DNA from: Octopus vulgaris
Lineage: Eukaryota
DNA: 64,000 nt
Reading direction: 5' to 3'
Assembly: GCA_951406725.2 (NCBI GenBank)
Contig: OX597820.1
Coordinates: forward strand, 9,052,001-9,116,000
Shown here: positions 48,701 through 56,200 of the stretch, piece after piece
Numbering within the stretch: the first letter of the stretch is position 1
How the letters are laid out: each line of letters opens with the position of its first letter
Notes under the pieces: generated by a model
Told to the model about the DNA's origin: nothing
The model's input: the letters and a program-made list of their open reading frames with translations, nothing else
Databases searched by the model: none
Program-made: the position numbers and the translations under genes

Positions 48701-51431
48701 ACCGGTATCTACCTTGACAGCAATTTTGCTTGGACTGATTAGTCTTCTCATGCACAACATAATACCAAAGGAACTCAGCCATCTTCCTTCCGTGAGACCC
48801 AACACTCAAAAGGAACTCAGCCATCTTCCTTCCGTGAGACCCAACACTCGAAACACTCTGTAGCTGTGGCCAGCGACACGTAAAATGCATCATCCAAATG
48901 TGGTCGATGGCACTGTTCCCTGACTGGCTCCCGTGCCAGTGGCACATAAAAAGCACCATCTGAACGTGGCTGATGCCAGTACCATCCAACTGGCCAATGT
49001 CAGTGTCGGTGGCATGTAAAAAGCATTATCCAAACATGATCAATGCTAGGAATGCCTGACTGGCTCCTGTGCTGGTGACATGTAAAAAGCATCCACTGCA
49101 CTCTCAGAGTGGTTGCCATTAGAAGGGCATCCAGCTGTAGAAACATTGCTAGATCAGATTGGAGCTCAATGCAGCCACCTGGCTTGCCAGCCCTCAGTCA
49201 AACTGTCAAACCCATGCCAGCATGGAAAGCGGATGTTAAACGATGATGATGATGAGACCCAACGCTCGAGAGGAACTCAGTCACATGTATATGTAAATAT
49301 ACATATATACACACACACATATACATATGCACATAGACACAATGGACTTTTTTTTAGTTTCCATCCACTAAATCCACTGGCAAGGCTTTGACCAGCACAA
49401 GGCTAAAGTAGAAGACACTTACCCAAGGTGCCACACAGTGAGATTGAACCCGGAACCTTGTGGTTGGAAAGGAAACAACTCAACCTAGTGCGTCTGACAA
49501 TATTAAAATAATTTCTATAAGATAGGAACCATAACTTAATAATACGACTATCATGCACTTTTTTTTATCATATGACTAGCAGTATTGCCCGGCATTGCTC
49601 GGGTTTGTAAGGGAAATAACTATATAAGCATTTTTAGAGAGTTATAGCCAAAAAATGCATTAGAAATGGGAAAAAAATTATGGTAAATTTTTTTAAAAAT
49701 CGTTGACTCATCGTAGACATTTTTAGAGAGTTACTTCCCTTATATAATAGCGAAAAAATGCATTAAAATGGAAAAAAATTATGGTAAATTTTTTTTTTAA
49801 ATCGTAGACGCGCGCTAATACCCAGAAGGGCTCGATATGAATCACGACTATAAGATACCCGGTTTTGGTTAAACTGCATCGCAAAATGTGGGAGTAGTTA
49901 GGAATCTAAATCGTAGGAGACAGACAGCACACAACTTTACTTTTATATATAAAGATATCAATAAAATATTTTTGAAAAGCTGCAAGGAACAAATTAGTTT
50001 CTGACCTGAATACATGTCGTGAAGAAATTCTCCTCATCGTCTGAGAACATGCTTTCGTTGCAATCAATCAGAAAGATCATTCCATCTTTAGAATTGTAAA
50101 TAATCTGAAAAGAGAATGATTTAATTACCATGATGTTGTTAATTATTCTATTACATGGCATAAAATATGCACTCCAATTATAGTAGCAAGAACAAAATTA
50201 GCTTGTAGAAAACCCAACTTCACATACAGATCTCAAGGTGGTTTTTAGACATTTTCTTTTAAAAAGTGCATCTTATATGCCATCAAATATAATGTATTCA
50301 GAAATGGATGAATTTAAAAAAATTTTTTTAGTCAGAGGAGGAAGGGTCACATCCTTAAGATATCTGCCATAACTCCTGGGACTGATGCAAGAAAGGGAAA
50401 AGAACTTGAAGAATTTAATCTGAATGTTTCCAAAAAGTGGACTCTACTAAAAACCTCCCTAAGGACCAACTGAAGATGTTGAACAATATTAAGTCTAACA
50501 AAGAAGAAAAAATAGTAATTTTTATTAAACAAGCGTTTGAACCTTTTGTTACCATATTTCTGATGAAATACACTATGTTCACTTTAACCCTTTTGTTACC
50601 ATATTTCTGGTGAAATACACTATGTTCACTTTAACCCTTTTGTTACCATATTTCTGGTGAAATAAATTATGATCACTTTAACCCTTTTGTTACCATATTC
50701 TTGTTGAAATAAACTACGATCACTTTAACCCTTTTGTTACCATATTTCTGGTGAAATACACTATGTTCACTTTAACCCTTCTGTTACCATATGTCTGGTG
50801 AAATAAATTCTGATCACTTTAACCCTTTTGTTACCATATTCTTGTTGAAATAAACTATGTTCACTTTAACCCTTTTGTTACCATATTTCTGGTGAAATAC
50901 ACTATGTTCACTTTAACCCTTTTGTTACCATATTCTTATTGAAGTACACTATGTTCACTTTAACCCTTTTGTTACCATATTCTTATTGAAGTACACTATG
51001 ATCACTTTAACCTTTTTGTTACCATATTCCTGGTGAAATAAACTACGATCACTTTAACCCTTTTGTTACCATATTTCTGGTGAAATACACAGACTCTGTT
51101 TCAAGTGATTTCAAAAAAAAAATAAAGAACTTAATAAAATAACTTTCTCATCATTAAGTTGGTGTTTGGTACAAAAACAAACAAAATTTTGGTGGAAGAT
51201 TAAATTCAAATCCCTTTAATCACAGATCCAGGAGTGATGTTGGAAGGGATGATATCTGAAGGGCAACATGGTTAAACTTCTAAATATACAAATGTAAAAC
51301 TAAATCACTGACATTCACTGATTAAGAAGAAAAGAAAATTGTTTGATAAATTGGAATATATTTCTTACTTTTTCTTCATCAGCCTCTTCGTCTTCAAGGT
51401 CATCTTTGAATCCAAAATTGTAAGAGTCCAT
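17211..51431 (-). CDS. XRCC6: Ku70 / X-ray repair cross-complementing 6; spliced CDS span, 19 coding exons, 600 aa
   Basis: Manual assembly: all introns GT-AG, phases compatible, total 1803 nt, no internal stop. Peptides follow Ku70 in order: vWA start (KDGMIFLIDC), RDLVGVVFFGT, RILLFTNKDEPH, FVALLPQ, PPGFHVLYLPHAEDFRE, FDNPPL, VFPEDYNP, C-terminal SAP-like helix. Confidence 0.96.
17390..17937 (+). mobile_element. (GAT)n-tailed LINE 3'-UTR-type repeat (further copies near 3081-3400, 4105-4250, 22068-22460, 27980-28280, 33690-33900, 34012-34385, 40068-40580, 41535-41866, 48100-48457, 48860-49254)
   Basis: Same terminal ~130 bp and degenerate 60-bp units as 22811-23852. Confidence 0.8.
18246..18338 (-). 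CDS. XRCC6: Ku70 coding exon 18, linker (RAGGGDTAKKTDSSKHPLTDKDLKVYWMDQK)
   Basis: Open 93-nt frame with CTGTAG/GTTAGT; bridges phase-0 exons; length fits the Ku70 linker before SAP. Confidence 0.8.
18537..19008 (+). mobile_element. Two adjacent copies of the ~220-bp piggyBac-type MITE
   Basis: Each is TTAA-flanked; they are about 30 bp apart. Confidence 0.8.
19304..19404 (-). CDS. XRCC6: Ku70 coding exon 17 (LPDTKAMDKKGGEAIKNFKEAVFPEDYNPDNKKK)
   Basis: Matches [36 protein letters not shown]. Confidence 0.94.
22811..23852 (-). mobile_element. 5'-truncated RTE-like LINE: ORF2 C-terminus (23516-23845), 3' UTR with 60-bp repeats, (GAT)n tail
   Basis: MLRWMC...RRLCWYGHVVRM...RGRPRKTW...RDRDLW is the typical non-LTR post-RT C-terminus; it continues into the abundant AGGAAGGGCATCCAGCTGTAGAAAC...AAACGATGATGAT tail. 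Confidence 0.88.
22985..23465. repeat. 60-bp tandem minisatellite, about 8 units, in the LINE 3' UTR
   Basis: Unit GATGGTGCTTTTACGTGYCACCGRCACGGGGCCAGGCGAKGCTGGCAACGGACACGAACG repeats in register on consecutive 60-nt lines. Confidence 0.95.
23898..24059 (-). CDS. XRCC6: Ku70 coding exon 16 (AQDGQIDLAKKLIKSLKIKYNFTHFDNPPLKYHWMNIENRVLDKESAEEFVDNT)
   Basis: Matches [32 protein letters not shown]. Confidence 0.95.
24804..25870 (-). mobile_element. Non-autonomous piggyBac derivative, copy 2 (inverted)
   Basis: TTAA TSDs, same TIRs, near-identical reverse complement of copy 1. Confidence 0.9.
26119..26227 (-). CDS. XRCC6: Ku70 coding exon 15 (KETFENEIQSMPPGFHVLYLPHAEDFRELNVAPTTK)
   Basis: Matches [32 protein letters not shown]. 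Confidence 0.96.
26387..26515 (-). CDS. XRCC6: Ku70 coding exon 14 (STSGSTCFFSALLDRCLQRGVVPICEYISSKTSAPEFVALLPQ)
   Basis: Matches GSSTLFSALLIKCL...[21 protein letters not shown]. Confidence 0.96.
27279..27367 (-). CDS. XRCC6: Ku70 coding exon 13 (GFKLLGFQQQKDVRTHYHIKPTHFIYPEEK)
   Basis: Matches GLMLMGFKP...LRPSLFVYPEE; TTATAG acceptor, weak GTCCGT donor. Confidence 0.93.
28477..28591 (-). CDS. XRCC6: Ku70 coding exon 12 (DTGETLMPQDIKYSKTYGNRTATFEKEEVTKIRMFGEP)
   Basis: Matches [39 protein letters not shown]. Confidence 0.95.
29058..29154 (-). CDS. XRCC6: Ku70 coding exon 11 (FRLKQRCQKPPSVRLYKRDNSEVKSNRQFYLQ)
   Basis: Matches KPPPIKLYRETNEPVK; TTCTAG/GTATTC. Confidence 0.93.
29210..29570. 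repeat. Polypurine (G/A) low-complexity tract
   Basis: About 360 nt almost entirely G/A on the plus strand. Confidence 0.95.
30939..31022 (-). CDS. XRCC6: Ku70 coding exon 10 (VRCKERQKRVLRRLPLRIGDGIEATVGL)
   Basis: Matches [33 protein letters not shown]. Confidence 0.94.
31692..32805 (+). mobile_element. Decayed mariner transposase 3' half interrupted by two SINEs
   Basis: Remnants KVLLCVCLNYE, QDNARLRTA, TYSLDPAPLNYYLF (YSPDLAPSDY motif), LAERW..NGLYFD; several stop codons. Confidence 0.8.
31795..32013 (+). mobile_element. SINE with Deu/Nin-like central motif (also 32431-32660 +, 58277-58445 -, relics near 19510-19615, 36670-36850, 51540-51690, 52730-52870)
   Basis: GTTCAAATTCC box B; GAGGTYGACTTTGCCTTTCA(TCCTTTCG)GGGTC..TAAATTAAGTACCAG; TSD AGGTACTGCTCTGC. 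Confidence 0.8.
34441..34520 (-). CDS. XRCC6: Ku70 coding exon 9 (NILSIIHGDEIEQLPDTTEKLEGLLER)
   Basis: Matches DIISIAEDED...[21 protein letters not shown], phase 0 to 2. Confidence 0.9.
34838..35924 (+). mobile_element. Non-autonomous piggyBac derivative, copy 3
   Basis: TTAA TSDs, same TIRs, near-identical to copy 1. Confidence 0.9.
36891..36995 (-). CDS. XRCC6: Ku70 coding exon 8 (HCRTRANDLNKTGISLELLPLQPPNQTFDVSKFYK)
   Basis: Matches RTKAGDLRDTGIFLDL...[20 protein letters not shown]. Confidence 0.95.
37052..37608 (-). mobile_element. Probable retroelement 3' fragment flanked on both sides by (TTA)n
   Basis: About 560 bp of more GC-rich sequence bounded by TTA microsatellite at 37013-37051 and 37609-37625; single copy here, so the assignment is inferred. 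Confidence 0.45.
38134..38212 (-). CDS. XRCC6: Ku70 coding exon 7 (CTEKLGFQRILLFTNKDEPHTDKTELV)
   Basis: Matches [25 protein letters not shown], phase 2 to 0. Confidence 0.95.
38466..38865 (+). mobile_element. Non-autonomous Helitron, family A
   Basis: A|TC start; subterminal hairpin CCCGAGCAACGCCGGG; CTAG|T end; no TSD. Confidence 0.85.
38916..39009 (-). CDS. XRCC6: Ku70 coding exon 6 (DDWKTFYEDYGHNSSYQMSDVFWLCSLLFSK)
   Basis: Matches [32 protein letters not shown], phase 1 to 2. Confidence 0.93.
39058..39618 (+). mobile_element. Third TTAA-flanked MITE family with a nested SINE (relics near 6233-6435, 7090-7306, 11650-11815, 24500-24670, 30098-30220)
   Basis: TTAACCCTTT start; shared TAGAATGACATTGTAGGGTAGG body; GGTTTAAA..CTAAAGG-TTAA-like end. 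Confidence 0.6.
39867..39921 (-). CDS. XRCC6: Ku70 coding exon 5 (DLARPNAERIIKIENMLT)
   Basis: Matches [24 protein letters not shown], phase 0 to 1. Confidence 0.92.
40903..41294 (+). mobile_element. Non-autonomous Helitron, family B
   Basis: A|TC...hairpin...CTAG|T; splits an older repeat without a TSD. Confidence 0.85.
42218..42265 (-). CDS. XRCC6: Ku70 coding exon 4 (EKTKNTDNFEHIYIYQ)
   Basis: Matches [27 protein letters not shown], 48 nt. Confidence 0.93.
42928..42968 (-). ncRNA. Decayed minimal hammerhead ribozyme
   Basis: CCAGA-CTGATGA-TAAGCAAAGACTCA-GAAC-CATG-TC-TCTGG: 5-bp stem I, palindromic CATG, GUC site; GAAA changed to GAAC. Confidence 0.5.
43847..44172 (+). mobile_element. 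Possible solo LTR
   Basis: TGTAG...GTAACA ends, GC-rich interior, ATTAAA near the 3' end; no clean TSD. Confidence 0.35.
44702..44860. mobile_element. hAT-type MITE, nested in a decayed pogo/Tigger-like relic (about 44390-44906)
   Basis: TIR CAGG(A/G)GTGGACT; 8-bp TSD TGCACTAC at 44694-44701 and 44861-44868. Confidence 0.8.
45438..45650. repeat. 213-bp palindrome (106-bp arms, 1-nt centre at 45544, one mismatch)
   Basis: Read directly: arms 45438-45543 and 45545-45650 are reverse complements. Confidence 0.95.
45571..45617 (+). ncRNA. Minimal type-I hammerhead ribozyme motif (Penelope-like); mirror copy on minus strand at 45471-45517
   Basis: AAAACTGT-CTGATGA-A CG GCAA CG A-GAAAC-TC A GA-GTA-ACAGATTTT: intact core, stem I, GNRA-capped short stem II with an A:A first pair, palindromic stem III, GUA site. 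Confidence 0.65.
45865..45939 (-). CDS. XRCC6: Ku70 coding exon 3 (CVQSTLKNKIIQNNRDLVGVVFFGT)
   Basis: Matches [37 protein letters not shown]. Confidence 0.96.
49576..49955 (-). mobile_element. Non-autonomous Helitron, family A (inverted copy)
   Basis: Reverse complement of 38466-38865 with the same A|TC...CTAG|T ends. Confidence 0.85.
50006..50104 (-). CDS. XRCC6: Ku70 coding exon 2 (IIYNSKDGMIFLIDCNESMFSDDEENFFTTCIQ)
   Basis: Matches Ku70 [25 protein letters not shown], 99 nt. Confidence 0.95.
50537..51090. repeat. 12 x 47-bp tandem array of a piggyBac-MITE terminus
   Basis: Unit TTAACCCTTTTGTTACCATATTTCTGGTGAAATACACTATGTTCACT starting at 50537, 50584, 50631 ... 51054. Confidence 0.95.
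51369..51431 (-). CDS. XRCC6: Ku70 coding exon 1 (MDSYNFGFKDDLEDEEADEEK); exon begins at acceptor 51441
   Basis: TATAG acceptor, AAAATGG start context, acidic N-terminus as in Ku70, GTAAGA donor, phase 0. Confidence 0.85.
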
Positions 51432-51753
51432 TTTCCTCAGTCTATAAATACAACAGCAAGCCAATATATATTTTATCACAAATTGTTGATTTTATATATT
51501 TGACTAAACAATAGTACAACAATAACAACTAGTAAATATTGGTTTTAAATTTTGGCCCAAGGCCAACAGGTTGGGGGAGGGGTGCTACATTGATTGCATC
51601 GGCCCTAGTACTCAACTGGTGCTTATTTTATTGATCCCCGAAAGGATGAAAGGTAAAGTAAACCCCAGCAGAATTCAAGCTCAGGACATAAAGATGGCTT
51701 GCCCCTCCCCTCCCCAAAATCGGTGGTCTCCTGCCAGAATCAGAAACCCATAT

Positions 51754-52143
51754 TCTATATATATAAAGCTGAAGTTGTCTGTGTATGGCAGGTTTGGTAG
51801 CCTTCAACTAACACTATCCTTTCCAAGACCCTGTGGTGCAAGTTGACCAAAATTGAGAGTATGATAGAAGAAGGCTTGCTCTTCCTTCCGTAGAAGAAAA
51901 AATTCAAATCGGACCATGTTAGCACCAAAAATTATTTACATCAAAAAGGTGCTTTTTTTTTCTATGAAAATCCCTATTTTTTACGGTTTTTTGACTGCTG
52001 TGTCGCCATTTTTCGGTGTATTTCAACCAGAAAAAATGTTCACTTAAAGAGAATAACAAGCTACTTATGCAAAATTTCTGCTTTTCAAAAATTCCAATTC
52101 TAAAGGGTCGAAACAAACCCAAGCAACGCCGGGCGATACTGCT
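51754..52143 (+). mobile_element. Non-autonomous Helitron, family B, copy 2 (3' CTAG damaged)
   Basis: Near-identical to 40903-41294. Confidence 0.8.
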
Positions 52144-53539
52144 GCCATAGGTGTTACAGTGTTTGTTGGTCGCATATAAATCAATAAAATACATTTGAAT
52201 ATAGCGCCAAACCATTTTAAGAGTTACTTTGACACGCCCAGGTCAAAGTCGATCGAAACGTACGGCCTTAAGAGAATTGCCGAATTGTTGTAATACTTTC
52301 ATTCAAACTTCGTTGAATTTTATGATTGATTTTATATAGGGCTTTATGATTCCAAACATTCGGTACTAATTGAGAACAGTGGTCCCGGTGCGCGCACTCG
52401 CGTTAGCTAGTCATGACTAGTCGATCCTTACTTTGTGTTTTTGTGTTATTTACTTTGTTTAACAAAAAATATTTATTTTGTGTTTTATTTACTTTGCTAT
52501 GTAGTCGTTGTAGGATCGAATAGTCACGACTAGCTAGCGCGAATGCGCGACTACGCGCACCGGGACCTCTGTTCTCAAGTAGTACCCAAATATTCAATAA
52601 AAATTCAACTGCCTCATGTCGGGGAAAAATACCGGTTATTAACCAAAATACCTCCATAGTTAACTTTGTAAATCTCACATAATTTATCGAGTCGGGGATA
52701 GTGGGACAACCTTGGCTGTAATGCTTTCTAATTTAGGCACAAAGTAACTTTGAGGGGAGGGTTAAGTGGATACCATCGCCCCAGTACTCGAAGGGTACTT
52801 TATTTTGTCAACCCCGATGAGATGAAAGGTAAAGTTGACGCCGGCAGGATTTGAACTCTGAATGTAAAGTTCTGGAAGAAATAATGTTTTGCATTCGGGT
52901 ATAAGTAAACCTACTTAGAAGGAAGCAGAGCCAAGATGTGAGATTCCAGTATTAAGCAATACAATGACTGATATTCTACAGAACCGTGTGGTGGCAAGAG
53001 AGGTGGATTGTAGTTTCATTATACCAAAATACCAATGATGAAATAGCGAAGACGATTAGCAAGCCACCACATTTATAGCAGCCACCACATTTATAAACAG
53101 TATATAACACACTTGTATCTGTTCTGCCAAATTTCGGACTTCATCATAACTTAATAAAGAAGGCAGGAGGTCCTAAGAACCACTTAGTCTCAGAAAGTAA
53201 AGTTTAACTTTAACGTCCCTTCAAAGAGTGTCCCGCGCCGTACTTTCTATCAATGTTATTAATATACAAAAACAAGACCATACTTTGTGGAATAACCCCC
53301 AATATATTTGCTAATTCTTCGTTATATTGATATAAACATATACAATGCCTACTATAGTCTTGTATCCGTCAAACGATACTGTAATAATATCGATAATCGA
53401 TTATTTAATAAAGTAAAACAAATTAACCCCATATAAGTTAAAAACAACATATATATACGTGTTTGTGTGTGTATGCTCTTAAATAGTACAGTATGTCTTT
53501 ATAATTAAGCAACATTAACTGTGAATAAGTAATTTTTAC

Positions 53540-53635
53540 CGTAATTATCTGAACGACAGATCGCCTTGCAAGTTGTCTGAATGAATCAATATTTGTAATG
53601 AATGAGGAAACGGAAGTGTGACGAAAATGGCGCCA
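53540..53635 (-). promoter_or_regulatory. Candidate Ku70 core promoter and non-coding exon 1
   Basis: ETS/GABP CGGAAGTG 53611-53618, TGACG half-site and YY1-type AAAATGGCG 53624-53632 clustered; G/GTAAAA donor at 53539; coding exon 1 has an acceptor upstream of its ATG, so a 5' exon is needed. Confidence 0.55.
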
Positions 53636-54269
53636 AATTATTCAACATAAAACTTGATTTTCAAACTTCGTTGCCTGTCTTTTCAATCATATTTTATTTA
53701 ATATTCAGGATCTTTTCAATAGATATCCCCGACAGTCAAATGTCTATTCTATCAACAGTACTTTACTTATGTATGAAGGGTCGTTATATTTTGCGAATAA
53801 GACAATTACTCCGTCTCTGTTATTAATGAAAAGGATAATATTATTAAGAAAAATATGAAAGATAATACATACTTGAAGCTGGGATGGATTTATATCAAAT
53901 TTAATTCATTAAATAGAATATTTTTTATACTTTCTACTTTCGGGCCATTTCTATTTTATGTAAAATATCTCGTTGCTTTAAGAATGTAATTTAGAAATGT
54001 ATATGGATAATAAAAATACAAAATGAGTCAAAAGGCACGCACTGCTACAGAATACTGTATTTCCCTCTAACGCAGTGTTATCGCGGGTGATCTTGTGGTT
54101 AAAGTATAGGAACAACCAAACACCCGCACGGGCCACCCCTGATACTTCACTTCAGTAAGATGAGATGCCAATGATTTTTAAAACTTCGTTTCCGCGAATG
54201 TCACCAGTAAACATTTCAATATGCGTACATACATAAACACACACACATACATATATACATAAACATACA

Positions 54270-54860
54270 TCTGAGGACAAAGAAATAAGAACCAACAGTA
54301 TGGTAGAAGCCATAGCCACTCATAATAAAAAGAAGTACAGGTGGAATGTCTCAGTGAAAACCTCAATAAAATGTAAGCACAACAGACCTGATATAATGAT
54401 TTTGGATAGAGAAGAGAAACTCTGTGTAGAGTTGTAGAAATTAGCTGCCCAGCAGATGTTAACATAAAGCTGAAGATCAGTGAAAAAGAGAACACATATG
54501 CTGAACTATTGAGAAATCCGAAGTTACTCTATCCAGATCACAAGTTCAGGTTTATACCTGTAATTATTGGAGCACTGGGATATGTAACACACTGCCTAAA
54601 TACCAATCTTTAGAAATTAGGCTTCTGAAAACCAGAAAGGAGAAAGCCAATTCGAAGACTACAGATCCAATCCATTACTGGAACTGTAAAAGTCTGTAAA
54701 ACTTTCCTGAAGTTTGTCATTCAAGTATATATGAGCTTGTCTTAATATATAAGTATATGCACACGAATACATACATGAAACAAAACGTATAAATCTGCAC
54801 ATATATGCATAGAAAAATACCTTGTTGATGTTGAAATTCCAATAAGAAACCAGCTCTTTC
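54270..54860 (+). mobile_element. Remnant of an RLE-type (R4/Dong-like) non-LTR retrotransposon, endonuclease region
   Basis: W....KT...CKHNRPDIMILD....VVEISCP...K..EKENTYAEL...FIPVIIGALG (PD-D/E-K restriction-like nuclease signature), with a frameshift and stops. Confidence 0.75.
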
Positions 54861-55959
54861 TCTATTGGCTTCAGTAGAAAAAACTTGCCCCAAATGCCAT
54901 GCGTTGGGACTGATCCTGCCACCTTGTGGATGAGAAGCAAACTTCTTATCACATGGCCGAACCTGTAGCTGTAATTGGAGAAATTGATTGTGTTGACTCA
55001 TTATAAGCATTATTACAATGGCTCATGTGATTGAGTGTGCCTCTACAAAAGACAGGAAAACTGTTATCATTTGTAGTCATGTCAAGCTTAACATGTTGAA
55101 TGAGCAAGAGTAATAAGTGGAGAGGACAGAATCATCTTCAACAATATTAATAACATCATCAATATTTACTGCCTGATTTCCATGCTGGCATGGGTTGGAC
55201 AGCATGGCAGGAACTGGTAAGGCCAGAGGGCTGCACCAGGTTCCACTGTTTGTTTTGGCTTGGTTTCCACAACTTGATGTCTTTCCTAATGCCAACCACT
55301 TTACAGAATGTACTGGGGGCTTTTTATGTGGCACCAGCACCCACACCGATGCTTTTTACATAGTACCTTGGTTTTAGGATCCCTATACTCTATTATGAAA
55401 CTTTCTGACATTTTTCCAGTCAATCAACTTCAATGCTACTTTTGGAATGCTGTTGCAGACAAATCAACAAGTTAAAATTTTTGCACATAAAAGTCTCATG
55501 GAATGTTGTAAAACATTTTAGCATAGAGTACAATATCATAAGCTCTGCGCTCTAACCACTGGGCCATGTGTCTTCACAGAGGTAGTCTATATAATTTTCA
55601 TAAATGATATCTTCTTCATTGACACACATAAGGAGGAAAAACAAAGTCATCTAAAGCAAGATTTGAACTTATGAGTGAGAAATTCCAAAATCAAATATCA
55701 TGAAACCCATCTGTCTCATGTCTTTGACTGAAATGGCTGAGTACATGACTAGTGCTTATTTTATCAGCTGCCACTTCTTTGTCTTCCTGTTATAAGGATA
55801 AAATAAACAATAATTTTAAAAAGTGATGCTGCTATTTTAGTGTGTTGATTACTGCAGTACCCAAGGTCTACACTTTGAAGTGAACTGATCCAGATTAGGA
55901 ATAGGGTTTGTGCTTATGGTTAGGGGTTAGGGTTTAGAATATTAGGGTTTACAGAGGTC

Positions 55960-56200
55960 CTCTTTCAAGCTGATCTGCCAAGCATTTACATACAGCTGAA
56001 GAGAGTGCAAGTCAGATGGGTTAGATATCTTGTTCGAATGCCTGACACAACTCCTCAAAAGACTTCTTTAAAACAGCAAACTGATAGAAGGCAAGGGCAT
56101 GCAAGGTAGAGGGGGAAAAAATGCTTCAAAGATACATTCAAAACCTCACTGAAGAACTTTGAGATCAACCCTGACACCTGGGAAGTGCAAGTACAAGCTG
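55960..56200 (+). mobile_element. Decayed RTE-type LINE ORF2 C-terminal remnant
   Basis: Frameshifted RWVRYLVRMPD...EGK...KKCFKDTFKTSLKNFEINPDTWE. Confidence 0.65.

Noticed and set aside
48767-48850. 42-bp tandem duplication
   Set aside because: A local duplication within a repeat remnant; no sign of function
50537-51090. CRISPR-like regular array
   Set aside because: The variable part is the same sequence with point variants, not unique spacers; no cas genes; eukaryotic intron
52253-52265. CGAAACGTA hammerhead half-motif (also 57614-57622 on minus)
   Set aside because: No CUGANGA core at a suitable distance
53627-53650. AAAATGGCG as the start codon of a plus-strand gene
   Set aside because: The frame closes after 7 codons; better explained as a YY1-type promoter motif
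55900-55950. TTAGGG-like interstitial telomeric repeats
   Set aside because: Only a few degenerate units; not a real array
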